A stretch of DNA of 64,000 bases from Parasitella parasitica NRRL 2501 (GCA_025201805.1 MU619262.1:3978-67977), one strand, 5' to 3'. Counted from the first letter of the stretch, positions 9,409 to 23,688 are shown. The notes: generated by a model from the sequence alone, not told the origin. Made by a program: numbers and translations.

Positions 9409-12400
9409 ATGAATATACCACATTCAAAGCACAATCATACGCTTAGCTGGGAGAGTGGCCAAAGAGAGGAATTGACAGGGAACAACAGCGCTGCAAGACA
9501 TCAGACAACGAATTCTGACTCTTTTTTCAACCGTGTGTTCGGCCATCATTCTTCTGATTCTTCTCGAGGTAAATAGGAGACACATATTGGAGAAAAGGAG
9601 TTGTATAATATTCACACATACAACGCTATCAAAGACGAGGGGGGGGGGGCTTTTTTTTTTTTTTTGGGAGATGTGGTAGTGTTTGTGTTTATGTGGTCCA
9701 TCTCTTTTGTTTTCTTTCCTGTTTTTCCTAATCTTCTTTTTCTCTTTGCATTGACTATTGTAGCTGGATCGCCTATACCACCCTCCAATACAAATACGCA
9801 TACACAGCAGCACCAGCACCAGCACCAGCACCAGCAACAGCAACAGCAACAGCACCAACATCAGCACCAGCACCAGCACCAGCAACAGCATCCTCACCAG
9901 CACCATCACCACCACTATCACCAGCATCAACACCACCAGCCTTTTAAAAGCAGCGCAACCACTGACTCCCACAAAGGCACATCAACAACCGCTACAGCAA
10001 ATTCGCGTCATTGTCGCAACTCTTCCACAGGCCATCTACCGTTAGATCCGTCGTCCATTGTACCAACAAACACACCCATCAGCAAAATGCAACGAAGACG
10101 CTCCTTTGACGGTGCGGAGGGTCAGAACATCAACTCCAAAAAGGCCAGCCCTACTCCGCATTCGTCCGTATCTGCACGAGCAACCACCAGCCCTGTACCG
10201 TCATCTCGGGCAACTCCCTGTGTTCCACACCAACCGCAAAAAGGTGACAACGCTGCCGTTCCATTTCCAAGAGGGGGAAGGCAGATTGGTCAAAATAATG
10301 CCGATGCGCAAATGATGAAAAGAAGCGACTCCGTGGAGCGCCAGCAACGACTGCCTGAGGGTGAGTAACATGATATGCATTTAACTGGTTGCTCCGTGAT
10401 GATTAACCGCACTCTGCGTGTGCACGTAGATCGCCAAAAGAAAAGGCTGTTTGGATTCAGAAAACGGAAAAGTAAGTTGTCAGTTATAAATATCGATGGA
10501 AAGCGGGGGGGGGGGGGTTGGGAATGGATCTGCTTATAACTTGTTTGAAATAGACGCACCTCTTGCTTCTTCTATAAATGAGTCGTCTTCTTCCAATACC
10601 ACAGCATCATCTACTTCTGCTAGCAGCAGCATGTCGGCAATGGTCGGTCTCCGTAAAAAATCCAACGATGCAGATCATCGATCTCTGTTATCTGACTCGC
10701 ACACTCCTGCCGCCGACATCCAAAGATATTACTACCAGCAGCAAATGAATGTGGAACGAAAGCGATCCGCCGGCTCGAGTGGCAGTGGAAATAGCCGCAA
10801 GAAAAACAGCAAAGACAGCGGAAAGGACCAGCTATTGCAACTGAAATGTAAGTCCATGCCTAAACTCGCCACTTGCCTTCCCTCCCCCCCCCCCTTTCCC
10901 CCACACACACAAACGGCTAATATTAAATGGTTGTATATAGTGGACCAAAACTTTGAGAGGATGGACGGCATTGTCAACAAGGACTACTACAAGTCTGTGT
11001 CACCAGTGCCATCATCAGCTACTGCAACACTTGCGCCTAGTTTGAATGCATCAAGCACCAATACACCGTCAAATGGCATAGACCCCAGTGTAAGAATTTG
11101 CATTTCCAAAGCAAAATGCATGCCAACTGACGCACAATACATTGTAGGGCCTTGATCTGGAGTCGTGGGCTCCTCCCGACAGCTGGGGCGTGCAACCTCC
11201 ATCAATAATGTCTGCCTCGGCAAATATGTTTGAGGAAGATCACACCGATTTCGAGGATTACCAGATCGACGTGCAAGAGAAATGGGACTTGCCCAAAAAG
11301 AATGCCAACATCAAGATTTATCGTCATGACAAAACCTACAACACATTACATGTGCCGCTGAATTCCACCACATTGGAGATTTTAAAGAAACTAGCAACAA
11401 AATTCTTCAGGTCTGACATGACCAAGTTTAATCTCGTCATGAAAAGACACAACATTGGTACGTATTGTGTGTGTGTGTGTGTGTGTGTTTGTCTAGCCGG
11501 CGGTTGCTAACACGTCGAGACAGAGCGTATTGTAGGGCTGACAGAGCGACCACTTCAGATCCAAAAGCTTTTGCAGGAGCAGATGGGTTACATGGATCAG
11601 GACAAGATTGATGACTGCACATATCTTGTGCGCTTCCAAATGATGCCAAACATTGCACAACCGGTGCAGGAAGACAAAGACTTTGGACAGCATGTTGACC
11701 TCCAGACAAGATCGTTAGCAACTATACCCATTTACCTCTATAAACACGCCTCGCGTATCATCTCTCTGGACATCTCCAAGAACCTTCATATCGAGATACC
11801 TTTGGACTTTATTCAAATGTGCACCAGCCTAAAGCAACTTTGGCTAGCCAATAACGAGTACCCGACTTTGCCTCCTTCGACGCAGCACATCTCATCACTG
11901 GAGCATTTGAACATTTCTGGAAATAGACTGAGGGATTTCGACCATGCCAATCTGCATGAAATCGCTGGATTAAGAACATTGCGCGCAATCAACAACAAGC
12001 TGGAATCCATTCCCGCATCATTCGCAAGCTTTAAATACCTAACAACATTATTTGTATCCAATAATTCGTTCACCAAGTTCCCCATGGTGATTTGCGACAT
12101 CTTGTCGTTGGCGTATCTCGACATCAGTTTCAACAAGATCCAGATGTTTCCCGAGGAGATTGGCCAACTGACAAACCTGATTGGCTTGTTTGCTATAGCA
12201 AATCGCATTACGGGTGCACTGCCAAGCAGTTTTTCACAGCTGACGAAATTACGAGAACTGGACATCCGCCAAAATCTGATCACTGAATTGGACGTCATCT
12301 CTCAACTGCCGCGCTTGGAGATACTGCTGGTCGATTATAACTCTACCAGTATTGTCAATTTTGAAGTCAAAAGCTTAAAGCAACTCAAGATGTACAAGAA

Positions 12401-15400
12401 TCACCTCACACAGTTCAATTTGACAAGTGGCCCTGGTGGCGGAACTTGCCTAACTGAATTGAACCTCTCTTGCTGCAAGCTCTCGAGCCTGCCTGAAGAA
12501 CTATTCAACAGCACGCAAGGGTTAGAGCGCCTTGTCTTGGACAGCAATACCCTGAATTCGATTCCCTCCAGCATCGGTGCGCTGAAAAAACTCGTCAAAC
12601 TGTCGATTCAAAACAATAATCTAGAGACACTACCCGCTGAAATTGGCAAACTATCTGAACTCAGGGCACTGGATGCTCAAAAGAACAATTTAAAATCACT
12701 GCCAAAGGAAATATGGCTCTGTGCATCTCTGCAAACGCTCAATTGCTCGTCCAATCTGCTAGAGACTTTTCCTGAACCACTGTCTAGCATCACTCCTAGG
12801 TCTACTCCATCTGCAAACCAAAAGAATAGCAATGGCATTTCAGACATGACATTGACTTGCGACCAAGACGAAGCCATGATCAAAAAGATGCTACCGCCTA
12901 ATTTGAACGCTGGTCAAGGCGTAGTAAAGCGCTTGGATCATCTGCTAGACTTTAACTCCATGACACGCTCTTCTACCTCCAGGGCTACTTTTGTATCTTC
13001 TAATTCATCAAACCCCTCTCCAGTATCGCCTAGCTTGGGTAAGGCCCTCAATTTCGCCTCTGCGTCCTCCAACAGTAACTCAGGCCTAAATCCGCCACCA
13101 AATTCGTATTCGCAGGACCAAGCTATGCATCCCTATCATCTAACGCCTCAACAGCAACAGCAACAACAGCAGCAACAGCAGCAACAGCAGCAACAGCAGC
13201 AACAGCAACAGCAGCAGCAGCAACAACAACAACAGCAACAACAACAACAACAACAACAGCAACAACAACAACAACAGCAACAGCAACAACAACAACAACA
13301 ACAACAGCAGCAGCAGCAGCAGTCTGCCTCGCCGCCTCCAGCACCCAATTTCAATCCGCCTAGCTTCTTTGCCAGCCCTCGAAACCACCCTCCTCCTCTT
13401 TCCTTGTCATTGCGTCAGTTATTCTTGGGCGATAATAGGTTTACAGACGATGTTTGGTCACCACTTTCACTGTTTCTCGAGTTACGTACGTTGAATTTAT
13501 CCTTCAACGAACTGTACGAGATCCCCAATGACGGCCTCTGTCATCAACACTTGTATGAGCTTTACCTCTCGGGCAACCAGCTCACGTCGTTGCCTGCTGA
13601 CGACATTGAACGGCTTCAATACATGCGCGTGCTTGTTGTGAATGGCAACAAGCTGCAAACCCTGCCTGCCGAGATTGGCAAACTTCGCAAGCTTCTCGTC
13701 TTGGATGTCGGCAACAACCTGCTCAAATACAACATCTCCAACTGGCCCTATGACTGGAATTGGAACTGGAACCTGGGGCTCAAGTACTTGAATTTGTCTG
13801 GCAACAAACGGCTGGAGATCCAAAAGACGCATCCTGACCCCAGCAATCCCAAAGACAAGGACCTGAGTGATTTTAGTGCGCTGACCCGTCTGAGAATGTT
13901 GGGTCTGATGGACATCACGATACTAGGCGTATCTGTGCCTGAAGAGTTCCATGACCGTCGTGTGAGAACATCTCCCTCCGAGGTCAACAGCATGGCGTAC
14001 GGTGTCGCAGATTGGCTGGGCCCAAATGATCATCTTTCCACCTGGGATTTGGTCATGCCGAGGTTCAGAAGCAAAGAGGATGAATGTATTTTTGCGCTGT
14101 TTGATGGATCAGAGCACCCCAAGTCCGGGTGCCGCTTGACAAAGCAATTGAATGACACGCTAACAGCTCAGTTTACCAAGGAGTTGGCGACCATCAAGAG
14201 CGACGACACTATTGTTTCTGCTGTGCGCAGAGTATTCTTGGGCCTCGAACAGAGCTTGGGCAATTCTCCATACATAGTCGATAAAGAATCTGGCGCATCC
14301 GCTGTCATGTGCTACATCTCAGGCAGCAAACTCTATGTGGCTAATGTTGGCGATGCTTTGGCCGTCATCTCTCGTAACAACGGGCAGGCGTTTGAAATCA
14401 CGCAGAAACATATACCTTTGAATCCTAGTGAAGTGTCTCGTATTCGGGCTGCTGGTGGCCATGTCTCCAACTCTGGTCTACTGAATAACGAACTGCACGT
14501 GTCCAGAAGCTTTGGACATTTCCATCTCGTCCCCGTAGTCAATTGCAATCCTTTCGTATCAACCATTGATTTGACCGAGAATGATGAGTTTGTGATTATG
14601 GCTTCTCGCGGCTTATGGGACAAGATGACCTATCAGACGGCTGTGGATATCGCTCGCACCGAGAAAGACGATCTGATGGCTGCAGCGCAAAAGCTACGTG
14701 ATTTTGCCATTACGTATGGCGCTACCAATAATCTGATGGTTATGGTGATTGGTGTAGGCGATCTGTTTGACAAACGAGAAAAACGTTATCGCGGTAACCG
14801 TGGAAACAATATGGGCCCTGGACGTGGAGGCGTTGGTGCTGATGTTGGCGCAGAGGATGGCTTGCTAGTCAAGAGCAAACGTAGAGGAAAAGAAGAGATC
14901 CCTGGGGATTCTGTGAGTTTTTTACTATTGCAAACTTGGTTTTATCTAGAGTACTAATAACACTGATTTAGACGCTTGCTCGTTTGGAGAGAGAGGTCGC
15001 GCCACCTGTCAGTCAACTAGCACTGGTGTTTACAGACATTAAAAGCTCTACTCAATTCTGGGAAACGCAGCCAGAGAATATGCGATCTGCAATCAAGATT
15101 CATGACGCCATTATGCGTCGTACACTGCGTAGCGTTGGTGGTTATGAAGTCAAGACAGAAGGAGATGCTTTCATGGTGTGCTTCAAGAATATCACGGCTG
15201 CCCTGCTGTGGTGCTTTACCGTTCAACTGCAGCTGTTGGAGGCAGACTGGCCGGCAGGTATTCTTGACTCTGATGAGGGTCGTGAAATTGAAAAAGATGA
15301 TTTTGTCATTTACAGAGGGTTGTCTGTGAGAATGGGTATCCATTGGGGTTCGCCTGTTTTTGAACGCAATCCCATTACACAGCGTATGGATTACTTTGGT

Positions 15401-16432
15401 CCTGTAGTCAATAAGGCAAGTCGTATTTGTAACGCTGCTGACGGTGGTCAGATTTGCGTGTCTTCTGATGTGATTGCTGCTCTCCGCAACTTTCCTAGCA
15501 TGTTTGACGAAGACGCTGAGCTTCAGACAAATGCCTCGACAGAAGTAGACGCCTCGTCTGGCACGTTTCCCGTTAGTCGCGATCTCCTGCAGTTGAAGCA
15601 ACTGGGCTTCCATGTGGTTGAGCTGGGTGAAAGGCGGCTCAAAGGTTTAGAGACACCGGAAACCCTTAGTTTAGTGTACTCAAAGCAGCTGCTGGCTCGT
15701 ATCGAAGTCGACAAAAGTGAAATGATGGCAACAACATCGTCGTCTATTGTAACTCCCTCCAACATAATATCACCCAAAGCCATTTCTTCGGTCGAGGCCT
15801 CGCCTGCATTGGCGTCCACCATCACAACTGATTCCTCTGCTAATACGACGATCAACAACAGCAGCATGTCAACAACGCCAATCGATTACTTGACAGCAAG
15901 ATCTATAAATCATACCAATACTCGCAAGGTTGTCCGCACAATTGATCCCAACTTGGTTTGTGCTATGAGCAATTTGGCCATCCGTTTAGAACGATTGACA
16001 TCGGGTAATGTTTTATCGCAGCAGATGGCTGGTAGCTCAATAAACCGCCAATATACCTTGCCAACTGAGGGAGGCGAGGACGGTGCAAACACTGTCAGTA
16101 CCGCTCCGTCGGGATTAGGCCTAATGCTTGATAGACACATTCGTGAAGACGCTACTGATGAAGAATTAGTGATCATGATGGAAAATTGTGTTGCGCGCGT
16201 AGAGGTATGTATACCTTTTTTTTTTTTTTTTTTTCTTCCCTAGGACCACAATACTAAAATACACTTTCTCCAGAATGCTGTATCTTCCTTGTATTTGCAA
16301 AAGGTTGGCCACTTTGCTGGTGTTTTGGAAAAGCTGGGCGAGGCTATTGATATGGATCCTATGCACATTATTAAAGCTCTACAAATGTATGCTGAATCTG
16401 CTTCTCTAGTGGCTGCAAACAAGTCTTTTTAA
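9409..16432 (+). CDS. CYR1: Fungal adenylate cyclase (Ras-association-like region, LRRs, PP2C-like domain, class III cyclase domain); multi-exon
   Basis: LRR array (11571-13930), PP2C-like motifs (FALFDG, YVANVGD, SRSFGH), catalytic LVFTDIKSST, VKTEGDAFMV, RMGIHWG, DYFGPVVNKASRI; first exon 9409-9568 splices in phase to 9764; last exon ends TAA at 16432. Confidence 0.95.
9805..9939 (+). repeat. CAG/CAC repeat encoding a Gln/His tract in the adenylate cyclase N-terminus
   Basis: (cagcac)n, (caacag)n and (caccat)n runs. Confidence 0.9.
11466..11488 (+). repeat. (TG)n microsatellite in an adenylate cyclase intron
   Basis: Direct reading of the sequence. Confidence 0.9.
13149..13322 (+). repeat. 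CAA/CAG trinucleotide repeat encoding 58 consecutive Gln
   Basis: 174 nt of only CAA/CAG codons, in frame within the 11571-14957 ORF. Confidence 0.95.
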
Positions 16433-16648
16433 TTATAAAAATATGTCATGTAATCAAAACTAATTTATTTATCGTCATTTTTATTAAAAAGTATTACCTA
16501 AGTTGCTGAGATCGACATCATTCTACCAAAGCTAAATCAAGGTGATCCAAACGCTTTTAATGCATTTCTCATGTGTTTAGATCAGTGTAAAAGTAGTATT
16601 TCTGTAACATTGCATTTGTTTATTTAAAAAAAAAAAAAGAAGAATTCT

Positions 16649-17325
16649 TTACAAAATGGGGATATAACTGCTAATTCTGTCCTTTTGGTTTTGAGAGATG
16701 CACTCGGCAATCCAAACGATATTTCTGATTTCTTGTTCCTTCAATTTGATGTAGGCATAAAATACGCCAAAGTTGAATTGCTGCTGGAAAGCCTGTCTGT
16801 TCAAAAAGACTTCTGTTTCAAAGAATTTGTCCTCCAATGTTTTGTTGCTAGTGGTGGTATCAAAGAAAGATCTGTATTCATGAAAGACTTCGCAAGTAGA
16901 CTTGACTTGGTCCATCTCATCAGCAATAGCTAGACGTGCATTTCCTTCAGGATATAAGCGGCCAATAGTGGGGAACAATTTCTTGCGATCTTCCTTGGGC
17001 AATTCAGTGCCGAAAGAATTGATGGTAATATTGATAGTACGACGGTCTGCTTCAAACTGTATGGTTTTATCCAAATTAGTATCTGCAATATTCAAATGAA
17101 GACACACGACTTACACGAAGGATGTCGCCCATTACTTCGGCAGTTGGTCCACCGATCGACTCGCAGAATCCATAGAAATCCTCAAGGTAAGCTTTGTAGA
17201 GTGTGTTACGGATAATTTCGATATTCAATTCATCCAAATCATGGGCACTCAGACAGTTGGCAAAGTAAGGAGCTATGGATTTATGTGTCAGATTTAACGC
17301 GTTTTGCTGTATATATATTCGATAC

Positions 17326-17356
<31 letters not shown>

Positions 17357-17958
17357 TCTCATACCTAAAGGCGTTTCAACCAAGACAGTGTTGTATAGTT
17401 CAGCAACAGTAGTAGCTACACATAAAGCAGGCATAGTATCAAATACGCCAAGCGGATGGCAACGCTCAAGAAGCTCATGAGTGTCACGCTCATGAAGAGT
17501 TCCGGTGATGATCAAAATAACATTATCAATCATGTATTGGTACCTGATTTCCCTTTCAGTATCTGTCAGCATATTCTCCACAGAGAAAAACACTTACGTG
17601 ATGTACTCTAAAAACTTGGACAGAGGTTGAACGGCATTGCTGCGAATATAGTCAAATTCTTCAACGAGACTTTGTGTTAATCTCTCTGCGATGGTTGAAG
17701 TGGCAATAGGAGAAGGCTCGTTTTGTAAGAGAGATCCATAGTCAGTGGCACCCAACTGAAGGCGAAGATCTTGATGGTTTTGTTTAGTCTATTGTTTTGC
17801 GCCTGGTGTTTTTTTTTTTTTTTTTTCTCCTTACCTTCAAGTGTTTCACACTGACTGAAATTGAGATATTGAGTCGAGTTCAAAATGCCAGAGTAGTAGC
17901 CTCTCAAAATGCCATCGATAAACCCATCGTTTTCGTTGAATATGAGTGCGCTGGCCAT
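16649..17958 (-). CDS. VMA6: V-type ATPase V0 subunit d; multi-exon
   Basis: [97 protein letters not shown]. Confidence 0.96.
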
Positions 17959-18135
17959 TTCTTGTACGTATTTCAAACAGAAAAACCGGGATAAGCTTTG
18001 AAACTTTTATAAACAAAGAAGAAGAAGAAGAAAAAAAAAACAAATCTGACCATAGAGTTGTGTCTCTGAAATAGCCAACGGATCCGGCGTTTCAAAAGAC
18101 TACTCATACACATTTGTGGGTTTTTTATTTTATGG

Positions 18136-19317
18136 TCAAGTCGAATCATTTTCATCGACTACTACACTGGTGGCTGTAGGCGGTAAGAATGTGGCAAACG
18201 TCAAGTAGCTTGTATGGCCTCTAGTCTCTCCCAGCGTTTTTGTCACCAGCATCAAATTTGCTGCTTCCTCCACCTCTTCCGCCGAAGGAAAAGGCTCATC
18301 TTTGCCTAATTTTCTTTTAAGAGCTACACTGTCCGCCGAAGCTAACCCCTTGGTCTTTTTATCTTGTGCGTCCTTGATGGCCGCTGAAAAGTCGACCTTT
18401 AATATAGGCGCTACTGTATGCTCACGGATCAAACATTCGTACATGGTGATATCTGAACGGCGCAGTATGTGAATATCCTTTTGTCTTCACAAGTCATCTC
18501 AATGAAAACCTACCAATAAAGCCTTGCTCATCCAATGCTGCAACAGACCTAGCTACTTGCTCAATGCATGGACTGAAACAGCATATCTTGCCAGTACGGT
18601 CTTGCTTGAATGCTTCCTTGGCGGAGGCAACTGCATCCCAAGGTGCTGGTAAATCTAAGAACACCGCGTTTACTCGATCCTTCATCTGGAACCCATCTTT
18701 ACAAACATCTCTGTGGTGCATTTTAATAATATCTCCAAATCCGTGTTTGTTAAACTCTGTTTGTGCCAAACTGGCTCTGTCCTGATGGTATTCGAACGAA
18801 TAAAGCCGGCCTGTTGGGGCGATTGTGCGAGCGATCGAGTGTGAAAATGATCCAGAGCCTGTGCCTGATTCTATAACATTGACTCCAGGCTTCATGTCTA
18901 ATAACGTGGTGACGAATGAGATATCTGCTATGTACAAGATCTGTGTGCGATGTGGTAAAACAAGTGTCCAGAGCTCTGGTGTGGGGTGAAGCAAGTAAAC
19001 AAATCCTTTATAGTTCGAGGAGACAAACTAGATCATACGAAAAATTGTCAAGCAAGTGTTATTTAGCTATACATCTTGATCTGCGGATCAAATTTACCTT
19101 GGAACCGTACTCTTTGCCAATAATCTCATCATGTTTATAAACACCAAAACGGTTCTGGAATATTGTGCCCTTCTTCATGAAGATTGGTGCCATATTTTCT
19201 CTTGTCTAGACATTTTATCAGCCCAGTGTTGCGTTGATATTATCGGCTGCTATTTACCATGTATACAATAACGAGGTCTCCCTCTTCGATGAATTTTTTC
19301 CAGCCTCTGAAGCTCAT
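18136..19317 (-). CDS. TRM61: tRNA (adenine58-N1)-methyltransferase catalytic subunit; multi-exon
   Basis: LHPTPELWTLVLPHRTQILY, ESGTGSGSFSHSIAR, VFLDLPAPW, CFSPCIEQV, GHTSYLTFA. Confidence 0.95.
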
Positions 19318-19489
19318 ATCCAAATTCTTTAGTAATACTTGTTGAGAGGAAGGTGCCCAGAAAAAAAAAAAAAAAAACTGAATCAATCAAGCAAATGGGT
19401 CAATAAGCCACTATAGAAACGCCTTGTGACTAGTGTAGATCCATGTTCATGCCCTTTTGTCTCTCTCTCTCTCTCTCTAAACAAGTATA

Positions 19490-20325
19490 ATGAACACCAC
19501 AAACACTAATGAAACAGATAAAGTAGAATTTAGCTCTCAGGATTTCCTATCGGTACAGACGAAACTGCAAAATTACTTGCATGAATTAGTGGAGCAAGCC
19601 TCAGCAGACCATCCAGAAGAACGTGTTTTTCTACTAGGCGAATTGGACCAAGTAAGCTCCCGCAATATTGTTTAGTTTAGTTTACTGATGAAAATTCTAG
19701 TGGTCATCTAGTCTATTCACATCTCTTGCGGAAAATTCGACTTTTACGAATAGTAATGGATTTGAAATTCGAGGTATTTACACATCAGCTTGCTTTCCAA
19801 TCGAAATGGCGTACAAAGTCTCATATAAAAAATATCCAATCTATAAGCTCCACTCTACCCCGTTGATCCTGTAGATGAAGAATTGAAAGCAGCAGTCAAG
19901 AAAGAAGAAGCTGATTTCAAGGCTCACATGATCAAAGTAGTCAAATATAGAGCACAAGTGCCCTCTATACTAGCAAATTTATCGCAGGAAATCTGTGAAA
20001 GCAAAAGCCGAGCAGCGGAACACCTTGAAATAGTATTACCACCAGCAATTGAAACTGAAGGTAAATTGAAACCCAAGGCTACTAAATCCATTGTCATTTC
20101 CACTGATGTCGTAAGCAAAGATAAAGATTATGGTCTTCCTATAGATACTGTCAATAAGGAGTATAAAGACGCAATGCAAATGTTATCCCAACTGAATACG
20201 GTAAAAAATTATATTTTTACATGGTGGGCTATCCGATCTAATTCGTGCAATAGATGGTTCCTGACGAAATAAATCAAATCCAAAGACTTCATGAGATAAC
20301 CAACTTGGTCATGAAGCAAAACTGA
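19490..20325 (+). CDS. Probable kinetochore MIND-complex subunit, Mis14/Nsl1-like; multi-exon
   Basis: ~200 aa helical protein with DPVDEELKAAV...VVKYRAQVP and YKDAMQMLSQLN.MVPDEI pattern recalled for Mis14/Nsl1; family assignment from memory only. Confidence 0.5.
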
Positions 20326-21113
20326 ATCCGACTATAGGCATATACCAATGATTATTTTGTACTCATCTAAATTACCTGTTAATAAAATCTAATCCTATAA
20401 TATTGCATTGCATTTAGGGCTGTAGTGTTGAGTACAATGAACAACGGGTTTACTCTTGCGATGCTTCGGAATGCATATTAAACAGAGTATACTTCATCCT
20501 CCTCCTATGGATTAGGATACCATACATTTTATTTTCCATCTAGCAGGATCAAAGTAAAACGAGCCAAAACGAACGAGTCCATACTTTTTACCTCTAAAAA
20601 TAAGCAACGTATCTCTAGATGCTAGACAATTTACCTGAAATTCTAGTAACGACATCATTAACGAGCATAAAGAGCATAATAAAACCATGCGTAAAGTAAG
20701 CTCAATAGGTAACTTGGTTTCGGATTTTGCGTGAAAACACACTGCGATGAAGAAGTTACGTGCAAGATTATGGCATCCGAACCATAACTTGTGTACAGGA
20801 AAAAACGCTCTTGATCAAGTCAATCAGATTTAGTCTATGCCTCTTCAAGTCCTATTCAAATCCTTTGCCAATTGTATACAAAAATGATCCAGTAGCATTG
20901 GTTGTATCTGTTTATAAATTTATTATTCAAGGCTGTTTGCAGTGTTTATACAAATGATGTACAGTAATCGAATAAAGAAAGATACGGCACCTATCATGTC
21001 TCCACTGTAGCATGGCTTAACTGCAGGATCGTCACGATTTTTTTTTTTTTTTATTTATTTATTTCAGAACCAAAGCGTAGCTTCTTGTACCTCTTTACTA
21101 TTTTTCCATTGCC

Positions 21114-23379
21114 ATGTCTGCTATGGAAATTGATCAGCATGCTTCCAACGGGGATTCTTCCACCGATGAGCCTGTTGTAACTGGAATTATTTATCCAGTT
21201 CCAGACGTTAGAAGTAAGATTGGTTGAAAAATCTAAAAGGATTCGATATTAAGCGCCTCTGTAGAAAGAATTGATAAAGCTGCAGCAAATCTTGCGACCA
21301 AGGGACCCGAATTGGAAAAGCACATTCGAGAGACTAACAAGGATGGTCTCTTCAACTTTTTAAATCCTAATGATCCTTATTATGCTTATTACCGCTTCAA
21401 ATATCAGGAGGTCAAGGATGGGAAGGGTAATTTGACGCTCTTTTTGTTTTATTCACAAACACGTAAAATTAACCTGGACAATTGAATAGTGCCTCAAGTC
21501 AATGGCAATGCCCAAGAGCGAGTCCCGGAAACGGTTAAATTGCAACCTGTCAACCTTGCGCCAAAAGAGCCTGAGCCATTCGAATTCTCTGCAATAATGC
21601 CGGCTATGTCTGCTCAAGATTTGTAAGGATAGAATACAAATTTGACGATTGCTGAATGTAACCGACTTTGTATGTTAGAGATATCATGAAGTTGACAGCT
21701 CAGTTTGCTGCCCGTAACGGCCGTGCGTTTATCAGCCAACTTGCACAGCGCGAATCAAGAAACTATCAATTCGACTTTTTGCGCCCATCCCACAGTTTAT
21801 TTCCTTATTTTACTGAACTTGTCAAGCAATATACAAAAGTATTTTTGCCACCTAAAGACTTGCAAGAGAAATTGAAGGCAAACAAAGACAATAAATACCA
21901 CATCTTGGAGCGGGTCAAGGAACGAGTAGAGTGGGTTGCTTGGCAGGAAGCTGAGGAGAGAAAGAAGAATGACGAGGATGAAAAAGAAAGACGTAAGGTT
22001 ATAAAAAAACATAGACTACACACAATATCGCTAATGCGTTTCATCTAGTCGCTTATGCTAGTATTGATTGGCACGATTTTGTCGTCGTAGAAACTGTAGA
22101 ATTTACAGATGTTGATGAACAAGCTGAATTGCCACCACCAATGAGTTTATCAGAACTGGAAAATATGTCGTTGGCTCAAAAGCGTTTGGCTGCTATGCCA
22201 ACTGAGGCAATGCAACAGCCAGGGATTAAAGATACAGAGCCCGAAGATGTGGATATGGAGGAATCCGACGACGAATCAACTCAACCCGTCATGCAACCTG
22301 CTATTCCCAAAATGCCAGACACATCTGCGCCCATCAAAATTCGCACCGACTATAAACCGAAACTTTATGGCACAACAGCTAATAAAGGAGCAGTTGCTAC
22401 AGAGCGCTGTCCCCGTTGTGGCGAAGCCATCCCTGTCGCAGAAATGGCCGAGCATATGCGTATTGAATTACTCGATCCTAAATGGAAGGAGCAAAAGATG
22501 GCAATGGAAGCTAAACAAAGAGATAGTAACTTGCTACAGGAAGGCAACGACGTTGCAAAGATCTTGAAAAACATCTCTGGCTTGCGTCCTGATATTTTCG
22601 GATCAGATGAAGTTGATGCCAACAAGAGAATCCGAGAGCAAGAAGAAGAGGCAAAGAGAAAAGACAGAGTTATCTGGGATGGTCATACAGCTACCATGGG
22701 GTTGGCTAACCAAAGAGCTCAAAAGACTAGTATTGAAGATCAAATTGCCCAGATGCATAAAAAGGTCACTGAAGATAATGACATTGGTCCTCAAATGCCA
22801 GGACAGCAACAGCATGAATTTACACCTCTTCCACCACCTACGGCCTTCTCCGCGCCTCAATATTATACACCAGATCAGCAGCAGGCATTTGCAAATCAGG
22901 TTCCTAGAGGCATGTATAATAACGCTCCTCCCCCGCCACAACCACCCATGATGCCACAGCCATCCATCACACCCGCAGTACGTAAATCGGACGAACCAGA
23001 CTCGGCCGTAGAAAAGAAAACTCGTATAGAAGAACCTGAATGGCAAGCGCCACCCGACGTAAGTTCTGTTTGTTTACTTTATTTTTTTTTATTTTCATTA
23101 ACCTTGTACGAAAAGCTCTCTTTCTCGATTAACATTCAAACGCCCGATATGCCTGACAAACCAGAATGGAGCCTAAATGGAACTACAATTTCGGTGCCTG
23201 GATTGTTACCAAATACGCTTATTTCCACCGTAAAGGATCGTATCGCATCTCAACTCGGAATGCCCGTTGGTAAACAAAAACTGTCAAGCTCAAGCACAGT
23301 TCTCAATAACTCCAAGACTTTGAGTTTTTATGGAATTGGTGAAGGCTTTTCTCTGGTGCTGGAAGTTAGAAAACGATAA
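21114..23379 (+). CDS. PRP21: Splicing factor 3A subunit 1 (two SURP domains, PRP21-like domain, C-terminal ubiquitin-like domain); multi-exon
   Basis: GIIYPVPDVR, FNFLNPNDPYYAYY, DIMKLTAQFAARNG...FDFLRPSHSLFPYF, YASIDWHDFVVVETVEF, EHMRIELLDPKWKEQK. Confidence 0.95.
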
Positions 23380-23688
23380 ACATTAAATAAAGTTTAAGCT
23401 AGGATTGGCTCATTAGTATCGTATGTCTTTGTTTGTACATGGCACAGACGTTTGAGATACACAGTGCCTTGACTTGAATCCGGTTAGTATTAGTAACTCG
23501 GAATAGTTTCCAGGTTGACTCTCACCATCCCAGTTTCCGTTCTCTTACGGATACATCTTTACTAAATCGCATTCCCACGGCATCTCAATTAATCTGGCAC
23601 TATTTATTAAGTGTCAAGTCTTTTTTTTTTTTTTTATATATATATCTCTTTTTGCTTTTTTTTGCTTTTTTTTTCATTCAATCACAAA

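Noticed and set aside
13123-13388. Minus-strand poly-Leu/poly-Cys/poly-Ala-Val ORFs (also 9424-9972 and 4797-5087)
   Set aside because: Antisense shadows of trinucleotide repeats
20400-21020. Possible decayed multi-exon gene on the minus strand (DQERFFLYTSYGSDAI..., splice-like signals)
   Set aside because: Stops in every frame and no confident family match
23480-23555. CGG/CCG triplets upstream of acyl-CoA oxidase as an oleate-response element
   Set aside because: Do not match the yeast ORE or FarA (CCTCGG) consensus; chance occurrence is likely
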